Part shown: one piece after another, positions 35,431 to 44,200 of the stretch
How the letters are laid out: every line of letters begins with the position of its first letter
How positions within the stretch are numbered: the stretch's first letter is position 1
From: an uncultured Planctomycetales bacterium
GTDB lineage: Bacteria > Planctomycetota > MHYJ01 > JACPRB01
Direction of reading: 5' to 3'
DNA: 47,018 nucleotides
NCBI GenBank assembly: GCA_964395295.1
Contig: CAYNDR010000001.1
Location: 1 to 47,018 of the forward strand
The notes under the pieces: generated by a model
The model's input: the letters and a program-made list of their open reading frames with translations, nothing else
The model's database searches: none
What the model was told of the DNA's origin: nothing
Position numbers and translations under genes: made by a program

Positions 35431-38400
35431 GTGACAATGCTGATGGGGCTCTGGGTCGTCCTCTCCCTCGCCGGGCCCGACGAGTACAGCTGGCAGAAGC
35501 CCCACGCCCAGGTGGACCCGAAGGGGGACCTGTCGTGGAAGCCGGAGCCGTTCGCCTTCGAGAAGGGCGCGTCGGTCCGCTACATCGACTTCGAGGGCGG
35601 GAACGACGGCAATCCCGGCGACTCCCGGGAGAAGCCCTGGAAGCATCACCCCTGGGACCCGAAGGCGGAGGGCCAGTCCGCGGCCGGCTCGGGGATCCAC
35701 ACGTACGTCTTCAAACGGGGGTCGGTCTACCGCGGCGCCCTCGTCGTCAAGGAGTCGGGGAAGCCCGGCGACCCGATCCGCCTCACGAGCGACCCGTCCT
35801 GGGGGAAGGGCGAGGCCGTCCTTTGCGGTTCGGAGAGGGTCTCGGGTTGGAAGAAGGGCGCCGAGCACAAGGACATCCCCGAGCCCGAAAAGGTGTGGTG
35901 GGCGGACCTGGACTTCGCGCCGCGCAGCGTCTGGCTCGTCCGCAAGGAAGGGGACTATTTCCGCGTCCCCCTCGCCCGCACGCCGAACTGGAAGCGCTCC
36001 AATCCCGACGACGTGAAGAGCGAGTGGTGGACCTGGGACAATCCGCGCAAGCCCTTCGGCAACACCATCCGCGGCCCGGGCGGCGAGATCCACCTCGGCA
36101 TCGACACCCAGCACGTCAAGGACAAGCCGGAGGACTACTTCAAGGGCGCGGTGATCTGGCCCGAGTTCGGCTGGGTCATGAGCACGCCGTACCCCACCGA
36201 GGTCGAGGTCGTCGACCTGAAGCAAAACGGCCTCGGCTTCGGCGGCTGGACCGGCGGCGGCACCGGCGGCGTCATCATGCGCGGCATGCGCTACTACCTT
36301 GAGGACAAGCCGCACTACCTGGACGACCCCGACGGCGAGTTCTGGGTCGAGAAGAAGGGCGGCGGCGGGCGCCTGTACCTCCGCCTCCCGGGCGGCGCCG
36401 ACCCCAACGTCGCGCGCGTCGAGGCGGGCCGCCGCGCCTGCCTCGTCGACGGCACGAAGGTCGAGCACCTCCGGGTCACGGGCCTCGCGTTCCGCTTCAC
36501 CGTCCCCGGGGGCCCCATCACGATGGCGCCCTGGGACTTCAGCACCAGGCCCTGGGGCGTCCGCCCGGAGCCGAACGCCGCCTGCGTGCGCGTCTGGGGC
36601 GAGGGCCGGGACATCCGGATCGCGAACTGTCTTTTCGAGCACGTCTTCTTCCCCGTCCGCATCCGGTCGCTCGTCGCCGGGCAGCGGGTCGATGACGTGC
36701 GGATCGAGGACAACGAGTTCCGCCATACCGACAACGGCATCCTCTCCGTCGCGGACGGCTCCGGCTGGGGCTACGCGGCGCCCCGCGGCCGGCTCGGCGC
36801 CGTGCGCGTCCTCCGGAATCGCTCGCTCGAGACCGGCACGCGGCCTTGCCGCTACAGCAACGGCACGGGCATCCAGGTCAACTGCGCGCGCACCGTCGAG
36901 ATCGCCGGCAACGTGATCGAGCGCTCCTACGGGCAGGGCATCGACGTCCACGGCGCCAAGACCAACGGCATGTGGGGGGACGTCCCCTTCGTCCGCCACC
37001 TGATCCACCACAACAAGGTCTGGGAGTCGATGCTCAACGGCAACGACTACGGCGGCATCGAGACGTGGCAGGGCGGCCCGTTCTACGTCTACGACAACCT
37101 CTCCTACAACGCCCAGGGCTACCAGAACTGGCAGCGGTACACCGGCCATGCCCCCGGCTTCGGCCACGCCTACTACCTCGACGGCGCCTTCAAGAACTAC
37201 CACTTCAACAACATCGCCTGGGGCAAGTCGAAGGACGATACCCAGCCCACCGTGAACTGCGCCGCCTTCCAGGAGATCATCAGCTACCAGAACGCCTTCT
37301 TCCACAACACGGTCTTCAACTATTACGCGGGCTCCCGGCGGCAGGCGCCGCAGGCCGGGCGCGACAAGTTCCTCGCCAACGTCTGGGATGGCATGGGCAA
37401 GCACGTCTTCCGCCACGCCGATCCGGCGAAGACGGCCGCCGAGGGGAACGCCAAGGACGCCGGGCCGCAGAAGAGCCGTTTCGCCCTCGAGACCAACGCC
37501 TACGCCCGGAACGTCTTCCACGACGTCGCCGAGATGGGCGTGCTCGAGCCCTCCGGGCGCTGGCTCCTCGCCTTCGACGACTTCAAGGGGGCGCTCGAGA
37601 AGGGCAGGGCCATGGTCGCCGAGCTGGGCGCCGTCAGCAAGGCCCCGCCGCTCCGCGATCCCGCCAAGGGGGACTTCCGCCCCGCCGCCGGCTCCGCCGC
37701 CGCGGACCAGGGCGTCAAGGTCTTCGTCCCGTGGGCGCTCTCCGGCGTCGTGGGGGAGTGGAACTTCTACCCCGCCGGCGACGACCCGGCGAACCTGATC
37801 GACGAGCACTGGTACATGACCGACTACTTCGTCTCCCGCGACGACTACTATCAGCGCCCGATGTACCCGCTCAAGGGCGTGAATGTCGGGAAGGAGGATT
37901 ACGCGGCGGGTGTCCTGGAGGACTGGATCCCCGGCGCCTTGCGCTTCTCCGCCGCGAAGAAGCAGTACGCCGTCCTGGCCAACGCCGATCTGATGAAGCC
38001 CTTCTCGTTCCAGGACCTGAAGAAGAGCCGCCACGAGGGCGCCAGGCCGGAGCCGTGCACCGTCGAGGGCGAGGCGCTGAAGAACCCGCAGGTCTATGCG
38101 TCCAGCATGCTCATCGAGGTCTGCTTCAGGACCGAGCCGGGCCACACGGGCGGCGTGCTGATGGAGAAGATGAAGGGCGGCGGCTACAGCCTGGCCGTCG
38201 GCGCGGGCGGCAAGCTGTCGTTCGGCGTGAAGGGCGGCGCCGCGTCGGCGGCCGTGGAAAGCGCGGCCAGGGTCAACGACGGGAAATGGCACCACGCGGT
38301 CGCCGAGGCGGACCGGCAGGCGAAGACGCTGACCGTGTACGTGGACGGCAGGAAGGACGCCTCGGCCGCCGGCGTGGACGGGACCGCGTCGCTTGCCAAT

Positions 38401-38616
38401 GAGGGCGACGTGGTCGTGGGCGGCACGCCCGAGGGGAGGTACCTCGACGGCACGCTCGACTTCCTGCGCCTCGCGCTCGGCACGCTCGCGGACGCCGACA
38501 CCACGATCGAGGAACTGTACGCGTGGGAATTCGCCGGTCCCTTCCTGCGTGATTTCGCGGGGCGTGCGCCCGCCGGCGCCCGGCGCGACGCGGGGGCCGT
38601 CGAGAAGGTCGACTGA
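35431..38616 (+). CDS. exported right-handed beta-helix protein with C-terminal LamG/concanavalin-A-like domain
   Basis: AAGGAGG (17417 is not intended here: site is 35417-35423) lies 7 nt upstream of GTG 35431. Beta-helix repeat pattern: IRIANCLFEH, VRIEDNEFRHTDNGI, VEIAGNVIERSYGQGIDV, IHHNKVWE. The C-terminus ...NDGKWHHAVAEADRQAKTLTVYVDGRK...GDVVVGG...YLDGTLDFLRL is LamG-like. Confidence 0.6.
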   Translation: MTMLMGLWVVLSLAGPDEYSWQKPHAQVDPKGDLSWKPEPFAFEKGASVRYIDFEGGNDGNPGDSREKPWKHHPWDPKAEGQSAAGSGIHTYVFKRGSVYRGALVVKESGKPGDPIRLTSDPSWGKGEAVLCGSERVSGWKKGAEHKDIPEPEKVWWADLDFAPRSVWLVRKEGDYFRVPLARTPNWKRSNPDDVKSEWWTWDNPRKPFGNTIRGPGGEIHLGIDTQHVKDKPEDYFKGAVIWPEFGWVMSTPYPTEVEVVDLKQNGLGFGGWTGGGTGGVIMRGMRYYLEDKPHYLDDPDGEFWVEKKGGGGRLYLRLPGGADPNVARVEAGRRACLVDGTKVEHLRVTGLAFRFTVPGGPITMAPWDFSTRPWGVRPEPNAACVRVWGEGRDIRIANCLFEHVFFPVRIRSLVAGQRVDDVRIEDNEFRHTDNGILSVADGSGWGYAAPRGRLGAVRVLRNRSLETGTRPCRYSNGTGIQVNCARTVEIAGNVIERSYGQGIDVHGAKTNGMWGDVPFVRHLIHHNKVWESMLNGNDYGGIETWQGGPFYVYDNLSYNAQGYQNWQRYTGHAPGFGHAYYLDGAFKNYHFNNIAWGKSKDDTQPTVNCAAFQEIISYQNAFFHNTVFNYYAGSRRQAPQAGRDKFLANVWDGMGKHVFRHADPAKTAAEGNAKDAGPQKSRFALETNAYARNVFHDVAEMGVLEPSGRWLLAFDDFKGALEKGRAMVAELGAVSKAPPLRDPAKGDFRPAAGSAAADQGVKVFVPWALSGVVGEWNFYPAGDDPANLIDEHWYMTDYFVSRDDYYQRPMYPLKGVNVGKEDYAAGVLEDWIPGALRFSAAKKQYAVLANADLMKPFSFQDLKKSRHEGARPEPCTVEGEALKNPQVYASSMLIEVCFRTEPGHTGGVLMEKMKGGGYSLAVGAGGKLSFGVKGGAASAAVESAARVNDGKWHHAVAEADRQAKTLTVYVDGRKDASAAGVDGTASLANEGDVVVGGTPEGRYLDGTLDFLRLALGTLADADTTIEELYAWEFAGPFLRDFAGRAPAGARRDAGAVEKVD

Positions 38617-39014
38617 GGTGCCGCGCGCGGCGCTCAAGGGGGGCCGGCGATGGGCGTTCGTCGTGAGGGGATGCGATTGACCCTGGGTAAACGAGGGGGG
38701 GAGGGTGATTTCCAGGGCGCCGTGGGAGGACGGGGCGGGGTTGATTCGGGCCTCAGGCTCCGGGAGGTCCGATGGATTCCATCCGCTTCTTGGCGCTTTG
38801 ACGCCAAGGGAGGAGTCGATTGTTCCGGCTGATAAGCGCGGATTCATGCATTTCCAGCGTCTGCCGATCCCGAGAAAGGATGTGGACCTGGGAATTCAGG
38901 GCCGCGGCGCGGCCTTCCTAGTCAAGGGATTGGGTGACGTATTCAGTATGGATCTTGTGAAGTTCGGTATAATCTCTCTTTGCCTCGTCGGGTTCGTCAG
39001 CCAGACGACGAATT

Positions 39015-39485
39015 TCAGCCTCCAGTTCCTCCACCGTTCTCCTTGGGGTTGCCGTTCCTTCCCGAAGAATACATCCTACCTCCGTCTCTTGCCTTCGATT
39101 GGTTCACCAGGTCCTCCCTCTCCGTCATGTATTTCTCCTGGCCGGCGATGGACAAGAGCGTCTCCCTTGCCTCCTCGATGCGCTTCTCCCGGTAAAGGCA
39201 GAAGGCCGGATGCGGCTTGAAGGCCGGTTCATAAGGATTGAGGCAGATCGCTCGGCGGAGTTCCCCCTCCATGATGGCATTGGCTTCCCGTTCGGCGAGG
39301 TGGAGGGCGATCCGGGCACGGTCATACCCCAGGTTCGGGCTCGGCCTGAGCAATTCCCCGCGACGGACCTCGTCTTCGGAGGTTGACCGCCGTCCCTTCG
39401 TCTTCCCGACAATCCCTCGGCGTTCTTTCTTGGAGAGTCCCTTTTCCCGCACGGCTCTATACCTCCCGTGCCCTGGTGGGATCAT
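39015..39485 (-). CDS. small low-GC ORF with one TPR-like motif; possibly a degraded gene
   Basis: RRAICLNPYEPAFKPHPAFCLYREKRIEEARETLLSIAGQ looks like a TPR unit. The 3' end switches to an implausible Gly-rich tail, while the +1 frame continues with a coiled-coil-like TVEELEAEIRRLADEPDEAKRDYTELHKIHTEYVTQSLD (to 38918). That pattern suggests a frameshift. Confidence 0.3.
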   Translation of the reverse strand: MIPPGHGRYRAVREKGLSKKERRGIVGKTKGRRSTSEDEVRRGELLRPSPNLGYDRARIALHLAEREANAIMEGELRRAICLNPYEPAFKPHPAFCLYREKRIEEARETLLSIAGQEKYMTEREDLVNQSKARDGGRMYSSGRNGNPKENGGGTGG

Positions 39486-39650
39486 GCCCCCCCTGATCAA
39501 CGGCTTCTTCGCACGATTCTCTTCCGAACTATCTGTTCATCATGGGCACCGGCAGGCGCAAGGCGCCGGATCCTCCGAGGGAGGTGTAGAGAGGCTGGCC
39601 CGCCGCTTCGGACGCCGCCCGCGCCACGGCCATCAAAACGATCTGCCCGA

Positions 39651-40877
39651 TTAGCCGGCGGATTCCACCTTCGGGGTGTCCGCGTCGGCATCCTCCAGTT
39701 GCGGCAATTCCTCGTCCGCCGCCGGCGCCCGCGGGAGGAGGTGGCGGGGCAGGAACGCATAGTTGGCGATCGCCGTCGGGATCACGGCGCTGGCGATTAC
39801 CGAGGCGACGAGGAACGAGTATTGCTCCCGGCTGACGATCCCGTGGGTCAGGCCGTAGAGGGCGGAAATGGTTCCAAACGTGAGGCCGGTGGACATGAGA
39901 AGCGTGTAGTACCACCGCTCCTTGCCGTTCTGGCGGAACATGCCGATGACGGGGCGGAGGCCGAATATCTTGGATATCACTTTGCCCAGGAAGAGGGCAA
40001 GGAACGCCAGGGGGGTGACCGCCAGCGCCGGCACCGACACGAGAGATCCGGCCCGGATGAAATAGAAGGGAGTCAGGAACCCGACGGTCAGCGTCCGGAG
40101 GCGGCGGACCCAATGGTGGTCTCGGGCCGCGTTCCCGGCGAGCACCATCCCGGCGATGTAGGCCGGGAGCACCGCCTCGCTACCGGCCCACAGGGCCAGG
40201 GCCCCCAGCCCGCACAGGAGGAAGAGCACCCATTTCGTCCGGACGGCGGCCGTGCGGTTGCCGTACCAGGCGGTCAGGCGGTCGGTGAAGAACGGCAGGA
40301 AGAGGAAGACGAGGACGCAAATCCCGATGAACACGGCCGTCCGGAGGCCGAACGGGGCGAAAATCAGACCCAGGACGATGACGGTGCCCAGGTCATTGAC
40401 GAAACAGGCCCCCAGGATGCCCTTGCCGAATTCGGTCCTGTTGAATCCCGATTCCAGCATGACCGCGTAGACGACCGCCATGGAGGTCGTGGAAAGCGCG
40501 ATGCCCGCGAGCCAGCTGGCCGGCCCGTTCCATCCGAGGATGAAACGGGCGAGGGCGGCGCACCCGAGGAAGGGGGCCAGGAAGCCGATCAGGCCGACGA
40601 CCGAGATTTCCTTCCACTTGGTCTTGAGCGATTGGGGGTCGAGCTCGGCCCCGGCGAGGAAGGTGAGCAAGACCGAACCGGTGGAGGCGATGAATTTGAG
40701 CCACTCCTGGTTCGCCCCCAGGGCATCCGGACCGAAGAAGTGGGCGGCGACGGCCGCGGCAGCGACGCCGACGCAGATTTCCACCAGAGCCATGGACAGG
40801 CGCAGATGGGTTGCAATGACGGCAGAAAAGAGGGCCAAGGCAAGCCAGACGGCGGCCTTCTGGAACGCATCTTCCAT
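39651..40877 (-). CDS. cation:proton antiporter (CPA2 / Kef-type Na+/H+ exchanger family)
   Basis: GAGGAGGG lies upstream of ATG 40877. The 408-aa product is almost entirely hydrophobic helices, with LTFLAGAELD, ALSTTSMAVV and GACFVNDLGTVIVLG typical of the Na_H_Exchanger family. GC is lower than in the flanking CAZyme genes. Confidence 0.8.
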   Translation of the reverse strand: MEDAFQKAAVWLALALFSAVIATHLRLSMALVEICVGVAAAAVAAHFFGPDALGANQEWLKFIASTGSVLLTFLAGAELDPQSLKTKWKEISVVGLIGFLAPFLGCAALARFILGWNGPASWLAGIALSTTSMAVVYAVMLESGFNRTEFGKGILGACFVNDLGTVIVLGLIFAPFGLRTAVFIGICVLVFLFLPFFTDRLTAWYGNRTAAVRTKWVLFLLCGLGALALWAGSEAVLPAYIAGMVLAGNAARDHHWVRRLRTLTVGFLTPFYFIRAGSLVSVPALAVTPLAFLALFLGKVISKIFGLRPVIGMFRQNGKERWYYTLLMSTGLTFGTISALYGLTHGIVSREQYSFLVASVIASAVIPTAIANYAFLPRHLLPRAPAADEELPQLEDADADTPKVESAG

Positions 40878-41050
40878 CCGGAGCCCTCCTCGTCGGCGGA
40901 CCGCGCCGCACCGGCCTGCTCATGGTGCAACTCTAGCTTGGCATGGGGTTTTCCCGACCGGGCCCCCGTCGCCAAGGTGCTGCGGCGGCAGGAGTCATCA
41001 GCCCGGCCTAGGGCGGTTATGAGGGGGACTCCATCCCCTTAATGGGGGTA

Positions 41051-41078
41051 ATTATATCAGGGGTTAATCTGGTTTCAA
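41051..41078 (-). promoter_or_regulatory. near-consensus sigma70-type promoter for the antiporter gene
   Basis: On the minus strand: TTGAAA (41078-41073), a 16-nt spacer, then TATAAT (41056-41051). This implies a leader of roughly 165 nt. Confidence 0.5.
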
Positions 41079-41227
41079 GGGATGAAGAAGACCGTCGGCA
41101 CCATTTTAATGATGGCACGCCGAATGAGATGGGACCGGATCCGCCCGGGAGGGCGTTGTTAGGGCATTGCGGTAACAATGCCGCCGCCCGGCGACCATAC
41201 GGTGATGGTAACGGCGGAGCACGTGTG

Positions 41228-44200
41228 ATGAAGACCCTCGGCCTCGTCCTGGCGTGGGCGCCCGTCCTGCTTCCGGGCGGGCCCATCCTCTCCGAAGCGG
41301 CCCAGGCCGCGACCCCCTTCGCCAACCCGCTGGCGGCGGAGGACCTCGATCCCGCGGCCTTCGCGCAATGGGTCGACGGCGCCGAGAAGCCGTTCGGTCT
41401 CAAGGACGGCCCGCGCCACGTGATGTGGACGCGCAACTCGCGGCCCGAATGGGACGGCGTGCGCTTCAGCGACAGCAAACAGCTCGGCGTGCGCCACATG
41501 CGCATCGGCTGGAAGAATCCCGTCCCGGTCGGCGCCGTGCTGGCGCGCGGCGGGGGCCAGGTGAGCGTGCTCAAGGGAGGCGCCGCGTACCCGGGCGACC
41601 TGAAGGACGACGCCCAGTGGGTCCCCGCCCAGCGCCTGAAGAACGCCAAGGTCGGGCGCGACGAGGCGGCCCCCGAAGACATCGTCCTCTGGGTGCTGCC
41701 GCCGAAGACCAGCACCCGGGCGGTCCGATTCAGCCACGCGCCGGAGCCCACGGACAAGCTCTACTCGGGCTGGCTCGGCGGGGCGCACCTCCTCGGCGAC
41801 CGCTTCGCCACCGTGGGCTCGCAGGCGGTCGCGGTGACCGCCAATTGCCCCGACAAGGCCGGCCGGATCAACGACGACTCCAACAACGGCACGTGGGGGG
41901 CCTGGGAGAACGGCCCGGCCGGCGCCGAGCTGGCCGTCTCGCCTGAGCATCCCGAGGTGGCCACGCTGATCTGGGCGCAGCCGGTCACGCTGCGCGGGCT
42001 CTGCGCGCTCTTCGCGGGCTTCGGCGCCGGGCAGGTCCTGGCCTTCGCCGGGCCGCCGGATCGCCACCCGCGGGAGGCCGCCCCGGCCGACTGGCAGGCC
42101 GTGGCGGCGCCGGACGGCCTCGAGAACGGCTACCCGGTCCAGCTCTGGCCGAACTGGATCGATTTCGGGAAGACGGTGACGACGCGGGCCCTCCAGCTCC
42201 GCATGATCCGGGTGTCGAAGGAAGGCCACCCGCACATGCGGGGGAACACGAAGGGCGGGAAACGCGTCTGGCTCGGCGAACTGCTGGCGCTCATGCCCCT
42301 CGGCGAGGCGGAGCTGTCCGCGGCGGCGCTGCCGGTCCCGGCCGCGCCCGATCTGGGCCACCCGCCCATCGCCGTCCGTTTCAAACTCGGCGAGCCCGGC
42401 TTCGTGACGCTGGTCATCGACGATGCCGCCGGGAAGCGCGTGCGCAACCTGATCGGGGAAACGCCCTTTCCCGCGGGCGAGAACACCGTCTGGTGGGACG
42501 GCCTGGACGACCTGGGCCGCGACGTCCAGGCGGCGGCGCACGGCCTCTACAGCATCCCCGCCCAGTTCGTGAAGCCCGGCGCCTACACCGTGCGGGGGCT
42601 CGCGCGGAAGCAGATCGACCTGCGCTTCGAGTTCTCCGTCTACAACGCCGGCAGCCCCGCGTGGACGACCGAAGACGGCACGGGCGGCTGGACCACCAAC
42701 CACACCCCGCCGCGCTGCGTCCAGTACGTGCCCGCCGAACAGGCCCCGGGCGGCAAGCCGCTGGTCTTCATCGGCAGCCACGTCTCCGAGGGCGGCCACG
42801 GCCTGGCCTGGGTGGACCTCGACGGCCGGAAACAGGGCGGACGCGGGACCGTCGGCGGCGCCTGGACCGGCGCGCAGCACCTCGCCCGAGACCTCGGCCC
42901 GAAGGCCGATCCCAAGACGCACGTCTACGCCGGATCGGGGTGGGAGAAGGAGCTCCGCCTCTTCGCGCTCACGCGCGAGGGCGACCGGCAGGTCGTGAAG
43001 TACGGCGTCGCGAGGAAGGAGGATTCCGCCCTCGCGGGCATGGCCGTCCACGACGGCCTGATGGTGTGCAGCCTGCCCGCGCTGAAGCAGCTGCTCTTCA
43101 TCGACGTCCCGGGCCGGAAGGTGCTGGGCGCCGCCGAGCTGGCGGAGGCGTGCGGGCTGGCCTTCGACCGGGACGGCCGCCTGCTGGCGCTCGCGGGCAA
43201 ACAGCTCCGGCGCTACGCGATCGCGCCGCCGCTGGGCGAAAAGACCACATTGCCCGGGCCGCAGGTGCTGGTTGACCGGCTGGAGGACCCGCAGCAGATC
43301 GCCTTCGACAAGGCCGGGAACATCTACGTCTCCGACCGCGGGAACAGCCACCAGGTGAAGGTCTTCACGAAGGAAGGGAAACCGGTCCGCGCCATCGGCG
43401 TCGCCGGGGCGCCCAAGGCCGGCCCCTACGATCCCAACCACATGAACAATCCCGCCGGCCTGACGATCGACGGCAACGACCGGCTCTGGGTGGCGGAAGA
43501 GGACTACCAGCCCAAGCGTGTCAGCGTCTGGACGCCGGACGGGAGGCTGGTGAAGGCCTTCTACGGCCCCTCGATGTACGGCGGCGGCGGGACGCTGGAT
43601 CCCCAGGACAAGACGCGCTTCTACTTCAACGGCATGGAATTCAAGCTCGACTGGGAGAAGGGCGCGGACCGGCTGACGAGGGTCTTCTTCCGGCCGGCGC
43701 CGAACGACCCGTTCCCTCCCGACGGCTTCGGCTGCAACGGGATGCCCGAGATGCCCCACGCCGCGAACGGCAAGCGGTACTTCAGCAACTGGCACAACAG
43801 CAACCCCACCAACGGGGCGAACATCGTCTGCATCTGGGCCGACCGCGGCGGCGTGGCGGTCCCGGCGGCCGCCGTGGGCGCCGCGAAAGACTGGAAGCCG
43901 CTGGTCGAAGACCCGGCCTTCAAGCCGCGCTGGCCCTCCGGCATGGATCCCAAGGGCGACCGCTGGAAGAACCAGGCCCTCTTCTCGTGGTCGGACAGGA
44001 ACGGCGACGGCCGCGCACAGCCCGACGAGGTGAACATGGTCAAGGCCTCCACGGGCGGCGTGACGGTCGCCCCGGACCTGAGCGTGGTCGTCTCGCGCGT
44101 GGACGAGAAGACGACGCGGTACGCGCCGAAGTTCTCCGGCGACGCGCCGGGCTACGACCTGACGGCGGGCGAGGTGCTGGCCTCCGGGGTGCAGGGCCCG

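Noticed and set aside
38705-39220. Plus-strand 171-aa ORF and other short plus-strand ORFs (38980-39195, 39099-39386, 39238-39654) in the low-GC patch.
   Set aside because: Translations are irregular, with no start context. The minus-strand frames give more protein-like sequence (TPR-like and coiled-coil-like segments).
40945-40996. Calling the antiporter leader a ydaO-type c-di-AMP riboswitch or an SRP-like RNA (GGTGCTG...).
   Set aside because: Only short, loose similarities to remembered consensus fragments. The pseudo-symmetric ydaO architecture and the SRP domain IV motif are not evident. It is kept only as an unclassified structured leader.
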